This document shows positions 17,015 through 25,207 of a DNA stretch of 61,750 nucleotides, in pieces. How positions within the stretch are numbered: position 1 is the stretch's first letter; each line of letters begins with the position of its first letter. The stretch comes from a virus (lineage: Duplodnaviria; Heunggongvirae; Uroviricota; Caudoviricetes), in the IMG/VR virus record IMGVR_UViG_3300043219_000435; one strand, 5' to 3'. The translations under genes and the position numbers were made by a program. The notes under the pieces are model-generated. The model was not told the DNA's origin. It did no database searches and was given only the letters and a program-made list of their open reading frames with translations.

Positions 17015-17794
17015 TTATAAATCAAATGGTATTTTTGTACCTTTTCTAACAAAACCCATGAAACCATCTTCAACAGCTTCTAAACTTCTGTTTTCGTAAT
17101 CAAGAACAATATTATCTTGATAATGAGTTAAATACATCTTAATTTTTATATGGTCAGGCAATTGCTTTAGCTGATCATAATGAGCATGAACACCAGATTT
17201 ATATAAAGTTTCACAATCATGAAAGATAAAAGTTGCTTCTTCATAATAAGCCATTTGAGCTGTCTCAGGGGCATATTGACAATCAGTAGTAAAGTATACC
17301 CGATCACCGCATAAAGTGTCCCACATAAGCCCGAAACTAGGTACAAACTTATATTTACTGACAATATGCTGAGTCTGTATTGTATCAAATGATATCTCAT
17401 TCCATACAAAAGGAATATTTACTTCAATAGGAATAACATCAAAATAAGTTTTAAGAGTAGCAATTTTTCCTTGTAAACTTTCCATACCAACTCTTAAAGC
17501 ACTCCATAAATCTGAGATTAATGATTGCTCAATATACAATTTTGGTCTTTTACAACCAGGAGTAAAATAAGTTGTAAAACCAAGCCATTCTAAACCACCC
17601 ATATGATCACCATGTAAATGAGAAATGTAGACAGCATCAATATCAGAAAAAGAATAACCACATTCATTAGCACTGAACCTTGTATCACCACCACAATCAA
17701 TAAGTAAATTTTTACCTTTATGATTTAAAATAGCTGATGTTTGATAATTTTTTAATGTAAAAGCTGATCCAGTTCCTAAAAATTGTAAATACAT
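17015..17794 (-). CDS. MBL-fold metallohydrolase, Apyc1-like (anti-Pycsar) or RNase Z-like
   Basis: FLGTGSAF, LLIDCG, SHLHGDHMGGLE, FHDC, HAH, LTHY. Confidence 0.8.
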   Translation of the reverse strand: MYLQFLGTGSAFTLKNYQTSAILNHKGKNLLIDCGGDTRFSANECGYSFSDIDAVYISHLHGDHMGGLEWLGFTTYFTPGCKRPKLYIEQSLISDLWSALRVGMESLQGKIATLKTYFDVIPIEVNIPFVWNEISFDTIQTQHIVSKYKFVPSFGLMWDTLCGDRVYFTTDCQYAPETAQMAYYEEATFIFHDCETLYKSGVHAHYDQLKQLPDHIKIKMYLTHYQDNIVLDYENRSLEAVEDGFMGFVRKGTKIPFDL

Positions 17795-17867
17795 GATGTT
17801 ATCCTTAATTGTAAAAACTGAAGTATATCAAAAAATCAATTATTTGTCTGTGATTGTAATCACATTT

Positions 17868-18140
17868 TTACTTTACCCATTCATATATTGAATTGCCTGT
17901 CTTAAATTTGACATAATCTTCAGTTACTTCCAATATTTCGGTTACTTTAGTTGTCATCCAATAATCTTGTTGTGAATAAGATCTTGCAGTACCAGAGCCT
18001 ACAAGCATCGAACAGCCAACGACTGGCCTACCATCTACAATCATATCAAAAGAACCATCTTCATTCCATTGAATGGCTTCTGATCGTGCACCGGAATCAC
18101 CGGCACCATCAGTTATTCTTCTCAAACTTGGCATCATCAA
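17868..18140 (-). CDS. hypothetical protein
   Basis: ORF track; WMTTKVTEI...FKTGNSIY pattern. Confidence 0.6.
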   Translation of the reverse strand: MMMPSLRRITDGAGDSGARSEAIQWNEDGSFDMIVDGRPVVGCSMLVGSGTARSYSQQDYWMTTKVTEILEVTEDYVKFKTGNSIYEWVK

Positions 18141-18282
18141 AATCCTTTATATACTGATACTTTAGTTTACCTTCAAATTGGTATTGACCAAATATCTCAT
18201 TGTTATGAACATAAAATCCCATGTAACCTTCAGTATCTTCTTTTGAAAGTTTTGTAATTTCTTCTTCTGTAAGTTTTTTCAT
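18109..18282 (-). CDS. hypothetical protein (start revised to MKKLTEE)
   Basis: SD AGGA; avoids overlap with tRNA-Phe. Confidence 0.5.
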   Translation of the reverse strand: MKKLTEEEITKLSKEDTEGYMGFYVHNNEIFGQYQFEGKLKYQYIKDFDDAKFEKNN

Positions 18283-18305
18283 ATAGAATCCTTGAAATAA
18301 ATAAA

Positions 18306-18381
18306 TGCCTACAGATCGGAGTCGAACCGATGACACAAAAATTTTCAGTTTCCTGCTCTACCACAACTGAGCTACTGAGGC
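18306..18381 (-). tRNA. tRNA-Phe(GAA), 1-nt bulge in the acceptor stem
   Basis: CT-GAA-AA loop; GCCTCAG pairs with CTG(T)AGGC. Confidence 0.8.
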
Positions 18382-18438
18382 AATTTAAAGTATTTATAGT
18401 GTTCTTTACGATGACAATTGGCGCATAATTATGTGAAG

Positions 18439-18511
18439 TAGCCACGGAGGGATTCGAACCCACGACCGTCTGTATGTAACACAGGTGCTCTTCCAACTGA
18501 GCTACGTGGCT
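18439..18511 (-). tRNA. tRNA-Val(TAC)
   Basis: GT-TAC-AT loop. Confidence 0.9.
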
Positions 18512-18515
18512 ATAA

Positions 18516-18716
18516 TTAACAAATAGGGAATTTTTCCTGGATTTCTCTTTTCTTTTCTTCCCATTCTTTTAATTTTTCATCAAAATCTTCGCTATTAAGA
18601 GGCATCATCTCAATAGCGAATTTTTTCATTTCTGATGTCATTTTACTGTTATACTTAGCTATTCTGGATTGTATAGCTAATTCTTCTGCAAATTCAATTT
18701 TCTTTTCAATACTCAT
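18516..18716 (-). CDS. hypothetical protein
   Basis: ORF track. Confidence 0.55.
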   Translation of the reverse strand: MSIEKKIEFAEELAIQSRIAKYNSKMTSEMKKFAIEMMPLNSEDFDEKLKEWEEKKREIQEKFPIC

Positions 18717-18806
18717 AAAGGAGGTTCCTATAAATTCAATTATTTGATCGCTTATTTAAGCCGAGCGATAAACGGCTATCTCTTTGTACCACTGGTACGT
18801 GAGCAA

Positions 18807-19010
18807 TTAATCTTCTCGAACAATGTTAAAACCTTTAACTAAAGTAAAATCTTCAATTATATCTGTTGTAGCTAAAAGTCTCCATTTACCATCATTCATT
18901 TCTTCTAAATAAAGTTTTCCACCTTGTTTGCTGTTCATTGATATTACTTTACCAATTTCCAATTCTTTTTTAGTTCCATCAAGATGTTCTATTTCAATAC
19001 TACGTTTCAT
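18807..19010 (-). CDS. hypothetical protein
   Basis: ORF track, SD AAGGA. Confidence 0.6.
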   Translation of the reverse strand: MKRSIEIEHLDGTKKELEIGKVISMNSKQGGKLYLEEMNDGKWRLLATTDIIEDFTLVKGFNIVRED

Positions 19011-19025
19011 ATTATCCTTTTTTAA

Positions 19026-19098
19026 TGGGCAAGGAGGGGATTGAACCCACGACCGTCACATTATGAGTGTGCTGCTCTAACCACTGAGCTACATGCCC
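19026..19098 (-). tRNA. tRNA(CAT), probably Ile2 (lysidine-modified)
   Basis: CT-CAT-AA loop; D arm TAGCTCAGTGGTTAGAGCAG resembles Ile2. Confidence 0.8.
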
Positions 19099-19105
19099 TA
19101 AAGTA

Positions 19106-19235
19106 AGCTATGAATGGGACTTGAACCCATATCTTGACTGGCCCGTTAGCCACGTCTTTTCCAACAGCATTCTAATTCTTCCCAGAAAAAGATGTTACAT
19201 TTCTGTAACCCAATCCTGCTTCAGACCACCATAGC
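19106..19235 (-). ncRNA. 130-nt tRNA-like RNA with the anticodon arm replaced by a structured domain
   Basis: GCTATGG/TCATAGC acceptor; ATGGG-TTCAAGT-CCCAT T arm; internal GTTACA-GAAA-TGTAAC hairpin. Confidence 0.75.
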
Positions 19236-19236
19236 A

Positions 19237-19932
19237 TTATCTAAAGTATTTTTTATTTGCATGGTTTATACCATTAAATCCAGGCAATTTTTTATTAATT
19301 GCAAAATTATAATCTATAATCCGAATAGGTATTTCATCTTTACCATACTTCAGTTTAAACTCTGCAATAACTTCAGCCATCTTAGATGACTTGTCAGTTC
19401 CTTTCTTCAACATGATTGCTTTAGCTGTATTGCTACATAATGAAATCATTTCTTTTACCGATACTTCAGTTTTATATTTCATTGACCAAAAAATAATTGG
19501 CGATTTAAACAATCCACCGATATCAATTAATAGATAACAATGATAAATTGGTTTTTCTTTTAAATTGGCAAAACTGTTATATTCTGCATTACACCATCTA
19601 TTCCTAGCAAATTTGTTGTATTTGTTCATTGGCTTTATTTCAGAAGCATCAATTTTAGTATGACATTCAACAATACTCATGTCTGAAGGTAAAGCGGAAA
19701 CTATTTCATCATATTTATTATTTTTTTTGTTGTAATAAGTACACGTTAGTTGATGAAAACTGTTCGTGTATTTTATTTCATAACAAAAATCTTGTTTTAA
19801 AATTGCAACACCAACATAGTTGATTTTCAAGCCTTCTTTTTGCTTTATATCATTACTTTCAATCTCAATATCTTCATAAAGCTTTTCTTTAATTTGTTTT
19901 TTACTCATGTATTCTTTTTTATTCCAAGTCAT
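19237..19932 (-). CDS. hypothetical protein, paralog of 19940..20491
   Basis: Shared GVA.LKQDF and YHCYLL.DIG....PIIFWSM.YK. Confidence 0.75.
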   Translation of the reverse strand: MTWNKKEYMSKKQIKEKLYEDIEIESNDIKQKEGLKINYVGVAILKQDFCYEIKYTNSFHQLTCTYYNKKNNKYDEIVSALPSDMSIVECHTKIDASEIKPMNKYNKFARNRWCNAEYNSFANLKEKPIYHCYLLIDIGGLFKSPIIFWSMKYKTEVSVKEMISLCSNTAKAIMLKKGTDKSSKMAEVIAEFKLKYGKDEIPIRIIDYNFAINKKLPGFNGINHANKKYFR

Positions 19933-19939
19933 AATAAAC

Positions 19940-20491
19940 CTAAATAAATTGTTTTTGATTGCGATGTTTATTTTCACTAATACCAGGCAAATTCATTTTA
20001 ATAGCTTGTTCAGCAGTAATCATTCTAATAGGTATTTGTTCTTTACCATACTTTAGTTTGAAATCAGCAATTACATTTGCCATTACAGTAGTTTTCTTTT
20101 TTGTTCTTTTCTTCATTACTGCTTTAGCTGTATTATTACAAAGCTCTACCATTTCTCTTACTGATCTATCATTTTTATATGACATAGACCAAAAGATAAT
20201 TGGTTGATTTAGTATACTTCCAATGTCGAGTAAAAGATAACAATGATAAACGGGTTTTTCTAAAAGTCTTCTATAAGAGTCATCAGATGGTAAATCTTTA
20301 CACTTTATAATCTTATGTGAAATTATTTTTCCCCATGAATTTAAACAATCTGAAATGCACTTATGTTTTGTTCCATTATAGCCTTCAGTTTCATATTCAA
20401 ATACGAAATCTTGTTTTAAGACTGCAACACCTAAGAAGTTTATTTTCAGATTTTCTTTAAATTTTACATCATTACCTATTATCTCTATCAT
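19940..20491 (-). CDS. hypothetical protein, paralog of 19237..19932 (start revised to MIEIIG)
   Basis: Same motifs as above; the longer start would overlap tRNA-Ile. Confidence 0.75.
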   Translation of the reverse strand: MIEIIGNDVKFKENLKINFLGVAVLKQDFVFEYETEGYNGTKHKCISDCLNSWGKIISHKIIKCKDLPSDDSYRRLLEKPVYHCYLLLDIGSILNQPIIFWSMSYKNDRSVREMVELCNNTAKAVMKKRTKKKTTVMANVIADFKLKYGKEQIPIRMITAEQAIKMNLPGISENKHRNQKQFI

Positions 20492-20512
20492 TCTATTATC
20501 CTTTATTTTAAG

Positions 20513-20586
20513 TAGGTATGGGTGGAATTGAACCACCGACATTTACCGTATCAGAGTAACGCTCTAACCAACTGAGCTACACACCT
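20513..20586 (-). tRNA. tRNA-Ile(GAT)
   Basis: CT-GAT-AC loop. Confidence 0.92.
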
Positions 20587-20818
20587 ATGTTATGTGATAT
20601 ACTTGTGCACAAGCATCACATTTAACTAAAGTTATTTTCTTATCATTTATTCTTTCTTGTCTCATCCAGATCTTTCTTTTACTTACTATTTTAGTATTGC
20701 ATTTATGTTTATGTTTCCATACAAGAACTTTCAATACATCATCAGTAGTTAAACTTATTGAAAAAAGCTCTTTTGATTCATCTTGTTTTTTCTTTTTTTT
20801 TCTAAACGGCCATAACAT
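20585..20818 (-). CDS. hypothetical protein with CxxC
   Basis: ORF track. Confidence 0.55.
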   Translation of the reverse strand: MLWPFRKKKKKQDESKELFSISLTTDDVLKVLVWKHKHKCNTKIVSKRKIWMRQERINDKKITLVKCDACAQVYHIT

Positions 20819-20819
20819 A

Positions 20820-21047
20820 TTATTTCCTCATACATAAATCATAATCATCTCGATATCCATGAATATAATAACCACGACTACTCCACATGGATTCACTTAA
20901 TGATCTCCTTGTAGGATCTATAAACATTTCGTCGTGGGATAACATTACTTTAGTTTTACGTCTATAACTTTTACTAAGTCTTCTTTTACAACAATGATCA
21001 TCGTCCCATCCTGCAGTAAAAGGGTGATATTTAAAACTTCTGCTCAT
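20820..21047 (-). CDS. small basic phage protein (MSRSFK...KRRLSKSYRR)
   Basis: SD GAGG; start revised to avoid tRNA-His. Confidence 0.65.
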   Translation of the reverse strand: MSRSFKYHPFTAGWDDDHCCKRRLSKSYRRKTKVMLSHDEMFIDPTRRSLSESMWSSRGYYIHGYRDDYDLCMRK

Positions 21048-21061
21048 ATCAACCTCTATAA

Positions 21062-21134
21062 TCCAATGGTCCGGGATCGAACCGGAATCCTTAGTTCCAC
21101 AAACTAATGCTCTAACCGATTGAGCTACCACGGG
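21062..21134 (-). tRNA. tRNA-His(GTG), no genomic G-1, A73
   Basis: TT-GTG-GA loop; acceptor CCCGTGG/CCATTGG with one mismatch. Confidence 0.78.
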
Positions 21135-21148
21135 GACAACTAAAGTGA

Positions 21149-21802
21149 TTAGCTGTTTTCGTTACTTACTTGAATATCAGTCAAACTATAATTCATACGT
21201 TCTTGACCAATTCCTCTTGATCTTTCAGTTGAACAAGCCATTGACATTGAATCAAATACTGCAGTAGTACCTTTTGATGTCTGATTATAGGATGCGAATT
21301 TCCCCTTAGAAAAACCATAATCAGCAGCATATTTATCAACATCTATATTTGCACCAAGGAAAATGAATTCCCATGAATAGATATTTTGTTGAGTAGTAAT
21401 CATTTCTTTGATTTTCGATGTTTCATATTCTCTTGAAGAGTTTTCTTGTCCATCAGTAATAATCAGAACTACAATATTACTTGGTCTTTCATGATCTTCC
21501 ATTTTAGAAAGTCGATTTCCTAATTTGTCGATAGCAGATCCAACTGCATCATTCATAGCAGTCATGCCATCTGCACGATAAGTTTTTTCAGATAGTTTCT
21601 TAACTTTTTTAATAGGAACATTGTCATACAAATATTCTGTTTGATCATTGAATAAAATTAAAGATAAATTTGCATCACCATCAACTTTTTTCTGTTCTTT
21701 CAAAAATTTATTAAAACCTGCAATGGTTTCTTTTGTCATAAAATCCATTGATGTTGATTTATCAATGATTGCTACGATTTCTGTAAAATTTGGTCTAGTC
21801 AT
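21149..21802 (-). CDS. VWA-domain protein
   Basis: IIDKSTSM MIDAS, GMTAMNDAV, ITDGQENSS. Confidence 0.85.
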   Translation of the reverse strand: MTRPNFTEIVAIIDKSTSMDFMTKETIAGFNKFLKEQKKVDGDANLSLILFNDQTEYLYDNVPIKKVKKLSEKTYRADGMTAMNDAVGSAIDKLGNRLSKMEDHERPSNIVVLIITDGQENSSREYETSKIKEMITTQQNIYSWEFIFLGANIDVDKYAADYGFSKGKFASYNQTSKGTTAVFDSMSMACSTERSRGIGQERMNYSLTDIQVSNENS

Positions 21803-21852
21803 ATATAATCCTTTTCAATTAACTTACTTTAGTTTTACTTGTGGTATTTAAA

Positions 21853-21927
21853 AGCACCAAGGGAGATTCGAACTCCCGACCGTCTGATTGGAAATCAGAT
21901 ACTCTGACCGGACTGAGTTACTGATGC
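21853..21927 (-). tRNA. tRNA-Gly(TCC)
   Basis: TT-TCC-AA loop, U73. Confidence 0.92.
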
Positions 21928-21934
21928 ATTAATT

Positions 21935-22052
21935 GGTAGTTGGATTTTATGCTTAAACTTACTCGTGTATTAGATAGTAAAAGTATTCCTACTTAATATA
22001 ATCTGCGAGCGCAACGGCTTATTAAGTGTAAATAAATACACACCAACTAACC
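21935..22052 (-). ncRNA. candidate 118-nt structured RNA between tRNA-Ala and tRNA-Gly
   Basis: Terminal pairing GGT(T)AGTTGG/CCAACTACC; internal hairpins. Confidence 0.45.
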
Positions 22053-22056
22053 TAAG

Positions 22057-22126
22057 TGGAACGTATCGGTATCGAACCGATCTCAAAAATCTTGCAAAGA
22101 TCTTATGCTTACCCTGAGCACATCCC
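22057..22126 (-). tRNA. tRNA-Ala(TGC), atypical short D region
   Basis: G3.U70 pair; TT-TGC-AA loop; U8/R9 connector apparently missing. Confidence 0.72.
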
Positions 22127-22127
22127 A

Positions 22128-22604
22128 TTATAAATAATAATTTGCTTCGTAAAGTTCCCATTTATAATATAGAGGAACTTGACTTATATGTCTATCTAGA
22201 TTTGATAGCCATTCTCTTCGTACTAAATTCATTCCCGTTCCAGATCTTTCTTTACCTTCTCTTATCCAGCAAAGATCTTGATATGAGTCATATGTCATAA
22301 GGAAATCTCTTTTAGTATCCGAATCAATCATTTGTGGTGGTTCGAAAGTTTCTATATTAGCACCAAGCCATATATTTCTTTCATTAAAACCTGGATTGTT
22401 CATAGGTTCATTACCTAAATAATAAACTAAAGTATTTCTATGATTATGTTCATACAAATAATTCATTGCCATTGTATCCAATCCTGGACAATCACCGACA
22501 ACTACGGGATAATCTTTTTCAATTATCATGTCCAATGTTGGAACATAATGTTTTTTAAATTCTACTTCAGTTATATCTCTGTGACCGCTAATAAAAATCG
22601 CCAT
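22128..22604 (-). CDS. SLOG-like (DprA/YspA-related) nucleotide-binding protein
   Basis: IFISGHR...VVVGDCPGLD.MA. Confidence 0.55.
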   Translation of the reverse strand: MAIFISGHRDITEVEFKKHYVPTLDMIIEKDYPVVVGDCPGLDTMAMNYLYEHNHRNTLVYYLGNEPMNNPGFNERNIWLGANIETFEPPQMIDSDTKRDFLMTYDSYQDLCWIREGKERSGTGMNLVRREWLSNLDRHISQVPLYYKWELYEANYYL

Positions 22605-22621
22605 ATAAACCTTAATTTAAG

Positions 22622-22711
22622 TGGGCATGGAGAGAATTGAACTCCCGATGTTTACTCTAAGAGGCTGGATTTACAGTCCAGTGCCACACAACCAACAGTG
22701 ACCTCATACCC
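22622..22711 (-). tRNA. tRNA-Tyr(GTA)
   Basis: CT-GTA-AA loop, long variable arm, extended D stem. Confidence 0.87.
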
Positions 22712-22792
22712 ATTATTTACATTCAACATATATTGAATATATGATGAACAGTATTATTAATATATCTAACATAATCATAAAAGTATTTATAA

Positions 22793-23044
22793 TTAATATA
22801 TTCTTCTATCTAGTACTTCATGTAGTGTCATTACACATTGAAAGTTATACTTAAAGTAACCTGGCATTTCAAAATCTTTATATGTCAATCTTCTACCATC
22901 TTTAAGATATACTGTATTTTCTAATTTAGGAACCGCTATGACCTTATTCCTATCATCAATCTCTTGATAAAAGAAATCATATCTAAGCCGTTCTTCACGT
23001 AAAGAATCACATAACTTTTTAAATTGTACTTTAGTTGTAGCCAT
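22793..23044 (-). CDS. hypothetical protein
   Basis: ORF track. Confidence 0.55.
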   Translation of the reverse strand: MATTKVQFKKLCDSLREERLRYDFFYQEIDDRNKVIAVPKLENTVYLKDGRRLTYKDFEMPGYFKYNFQCVMTLHEVLDRRIY

Positions 23045-23117
23045 TAATCTCTAATTGCATAAATTAATGCACCTATTATAACAGCTACCAATAACATTCC
23101 TATCATATTCAATTTCC

Positions 23118-23417
23118 TTATATTACTGCGAATGACTCATCAAATCGTTTAACATCTGTTGGTAATGTGATAACATGTGCATGAATTTCAGCATGACAAT
23201 TATGACATAAAAGACAACATTTTCTTAATTCAGGAATTAATTTAATCCATGATTTATCGGTAAAACCCATTTCTTTTTCTGAAGGGTTAATGTGATGTAA
23301 AGCTAAAGATGAATTACATTTACTGTATCCACACAATGCACATTCACCACCAAACGACTCTATAATCTTTTGTTTTTTATCACTTCGCCATTTGTTCTTA
23401 TAAATCTTTCTACTCAT
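23118..23417 (-). CDS. small HNH endonuclease
   Basis: GGECALCGY..C...L..HH.NP..K...KC.LLC.NCHAE.H. Confidence 0.85.
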   Translation of the reverse strand: MSRKIYKNKWRSDKKQKIIESFGGECALCGYSKCNSSLALHHINPSEKEMGFTDKSWIKLIPELRKCCLLCHNCHAEIHAHVITLPTDVKRFDESFAVI

Positions 23418-23485
23418 ATCAATTATGTTTAAACTATATGAGTATGTATAAGACGAATGGCATTATACATCTTATTTTTTAAAAA

Positions 23486-23557
23486 CTGACTCGGTGGGAT
23501 TCGAACCTACAACCAACGCATTAACAGTGCGCGACTCTACCATTGAGCTACAAGTCA
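23486..23557 (-). tRNA. tRNA-Asn(GTT)
   Basis: CT-GTT-AA loop, G73. Confidence 0.92.
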
Positions 23558-23571
23558 TTGTGTATTCATTA

Positions 23572-23600
23572 AAAAATCAGTGGTGGATTAACACCACTGA
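23572..23600 (-). terminator. intrinsic terminator
   Basis: TCAGTGGTG/CACCACTGA stem plus U run. Confidence 0.7.
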
Positions 23601-23702
23601 TAACCACTTTAACGAAAGGAGATACAAGTTATTTTACGAGAGGCTTGCGCTCTACTTCTCATATTTTTGGGGATAAGTATATGAGGACTTTATTGCTGGG
23701 CA

Positions 23703-24071
23703 TTAATCAATTAAGTTTAATGCACCTTCAATTGTATAATTATCATCAAGAAGCTTTGCTATTTTAACAGCAGTTTGTATCATTTGATCTTTATCCATTT
23801 TATCGGTTTTAAGAGCAACGCTACTTCTGCTTCTTCCTGAAGACATTAATCTTCCATGTTTTTTACTATAAGTATCAACTAAATTACATTTAGCACAACC
23901 AAAGTAAAGATTATCATCTGTTTCTCTTATAGCAATTGTAATACCACCATTACTATATGGATTACCAACCGGCTTAAACTGAAGTGACCCATGTTTTGGA
24001 CTTTTTACAGCCAATTTTCCACTAGGACCAGCATAGCGGAAGTGATAATATCTTGTATATTCGTTTTCCAT
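23703..24071 (-). CDS. hypothetical protein
   Basis: GGITIA...FG.AKC...D.YSKK.GR pattern. Confidence 0.65.
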   Translation of the reverse strand: MENEYTRYYHFRYAGPSGKLAVKSPKHGSLQFKPVGNPYSNGGITIAIRETDDNLYFGCAKCNLVDTYSKKHGRLMSSGRSRSSVALKTDKMDKDQMIQTAVKIAKLLDDNYTIEGALNLID

Positions 24072-24131
24072 TTTCAATCCTTTTAAGTACATATATTTTA
24101 TATACTACAAACATTTCTATTTTTTTTCAAG

Positions 24132-24389
24132 TTAATTAATAATTTTTTTCATTTTATTATGATTTAGTACATATAAATCCATATCATAAATACTACTTAA
24201 AGACCTTTTGAATATTAATAACTCCATTATTTCAAATGATTTAAAAACATTCAGATTTACTTCAGTTTTAGAATTATAAAGAAAGACTTTTCCTTCAGAC
24301 TGATACCAAACTACTTTTCCATTTTCTCTGATTTTATCAAGTTCATTCATTTGATTATCAGATAAACGGATTTTGTATTTCCTTTTCAT
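24132..24389 (-). CDS. hypothetical protein
   Basis: ORF track, SD AAGG. Confidence 0.55.
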   Translation of the reverse strand: MKRKYKIRLSDNQMNELDKIRENGKVVWYQSEGKVFLYNSKTEVNLNVFKSFEIMELLIFKRSLSSIYDMDLYVLNHNKMKKIIN

Positions 24390-24407
24390 AATAAAACCTT
24401 TTTAAAA

Positions 24408-24481
24408 CGAGGACGGACGGACTTGAACCGACGATCTCTTGCGTGACAAGCAAGTGCTTTAGCCATCTAAGCTACGACCCC
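24408..24481 (-). tRNA. tRNA-Asp(GTC)
   Basis: TT-GTC-AC loop, G73. Confidence 0.92.
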
Positions 24482-24485
24482 ATAG

Positions 24486-24560
24486 TACCGGATACTGGGC
24501 TTGAACCAGCGACAGACAAACCTTATGAAAGTTCCGCTCTACCAACTGAGCTAATCCGAT
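24486..24560 (-). tRNA. tRNA-Met(CAT), elongator-type
   Basis: TT-CAT-AA loop, paired 1:72. Confidence 0.8.
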
Positions 24561-24604
24561 TCATGATCTCATTTTTAAAGATGAGAGATCTTCTACATCT
24601 ACAA

Positions 24605-24677
24605 TTAGCGTAATTAGACTCGAACTAATAACCTTCACAATCAAAGTGTGCTGCGCTACCAATTGCGCCATACGCCA
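24605..24677 (-). tRNA. tRNA-Gln(TTG)
   Basis: CT-TTG-AT loop, U1-A72. Confidence 0.9.
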
Positions 24678-24785
24678 TCAAAATGTTCGGTTTTACAATG
24701 CATTTATTTTATATGCACAAGCACTGATATTGCATTAATCTTCCAACCGGTAAAAAGAACTCAAAGAGCGCATGCAATTTTAAAA

Positions 24786-24860
24786 TAGCAGGGGGTGGAT
24801 TTGAACCACCGTCTATATAGCTTATGAGGCTATTGAGCGTCCAGACTGCTCGACCCTGCG
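24786..24860 (-). tRNA. tRNA-fMet-like (CAT)
   Basis: CGCAGGG start with C1.U72 mismatch; anticodon stem ATAGC/GCTAT lacks the three G-C pairs. Confidence 0.82.
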
Positions 24861-24874
24861 TCGTTTATTTATAA

Positions 24875-24946
24875 TAGTCGTAGAGAGGATTGAACTCTCG
24901 TTGTTCGGATGAAAACCGAGTATCTTAGCCACTAGATGATACGACC
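24875..24946 (-). tRNA. tRNA-Glu(TTC)
   Basis: TT-TTC-AT loop. Confidence 0.9.
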
Positions 24947-24955
24947 GAAAAATTA

Positions 24956-25060
24956 AAAATATGGTAAAGATCATTCTAACTGAGATTTTTAATCCTCCCC
25001 ACCAAACAGACAACATCCGCTTAGTGGGGAGTTTTGGATTTGAACCAAATTGTATATTTT
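24956..25060 (-). ncRNA. third circularly permuted tRNA-like module
   Basis: T arm TTTGG-TTCAAAT-CCAAA, then CTCCCCAC/GTGGGGAG loop-closed hairpin, D-like TCA-GTTAGAA-TGA, outer AAAATAT/ATATTTT. Confidence 0.65.
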
Positions 25061-25207
25061 ATGATAATATAGTATTCCGAAGTAAGTCAAAATTGCAACA
25101 CATATTTTTAAATTTATTTGTAGTTCAAGTACAACCTTCTTTCATGAGTAAACACCTCATTTTTGAAGTATCTGTAAAAGCAACTAATTGCACTAGAACA
25201 TTTTTTA

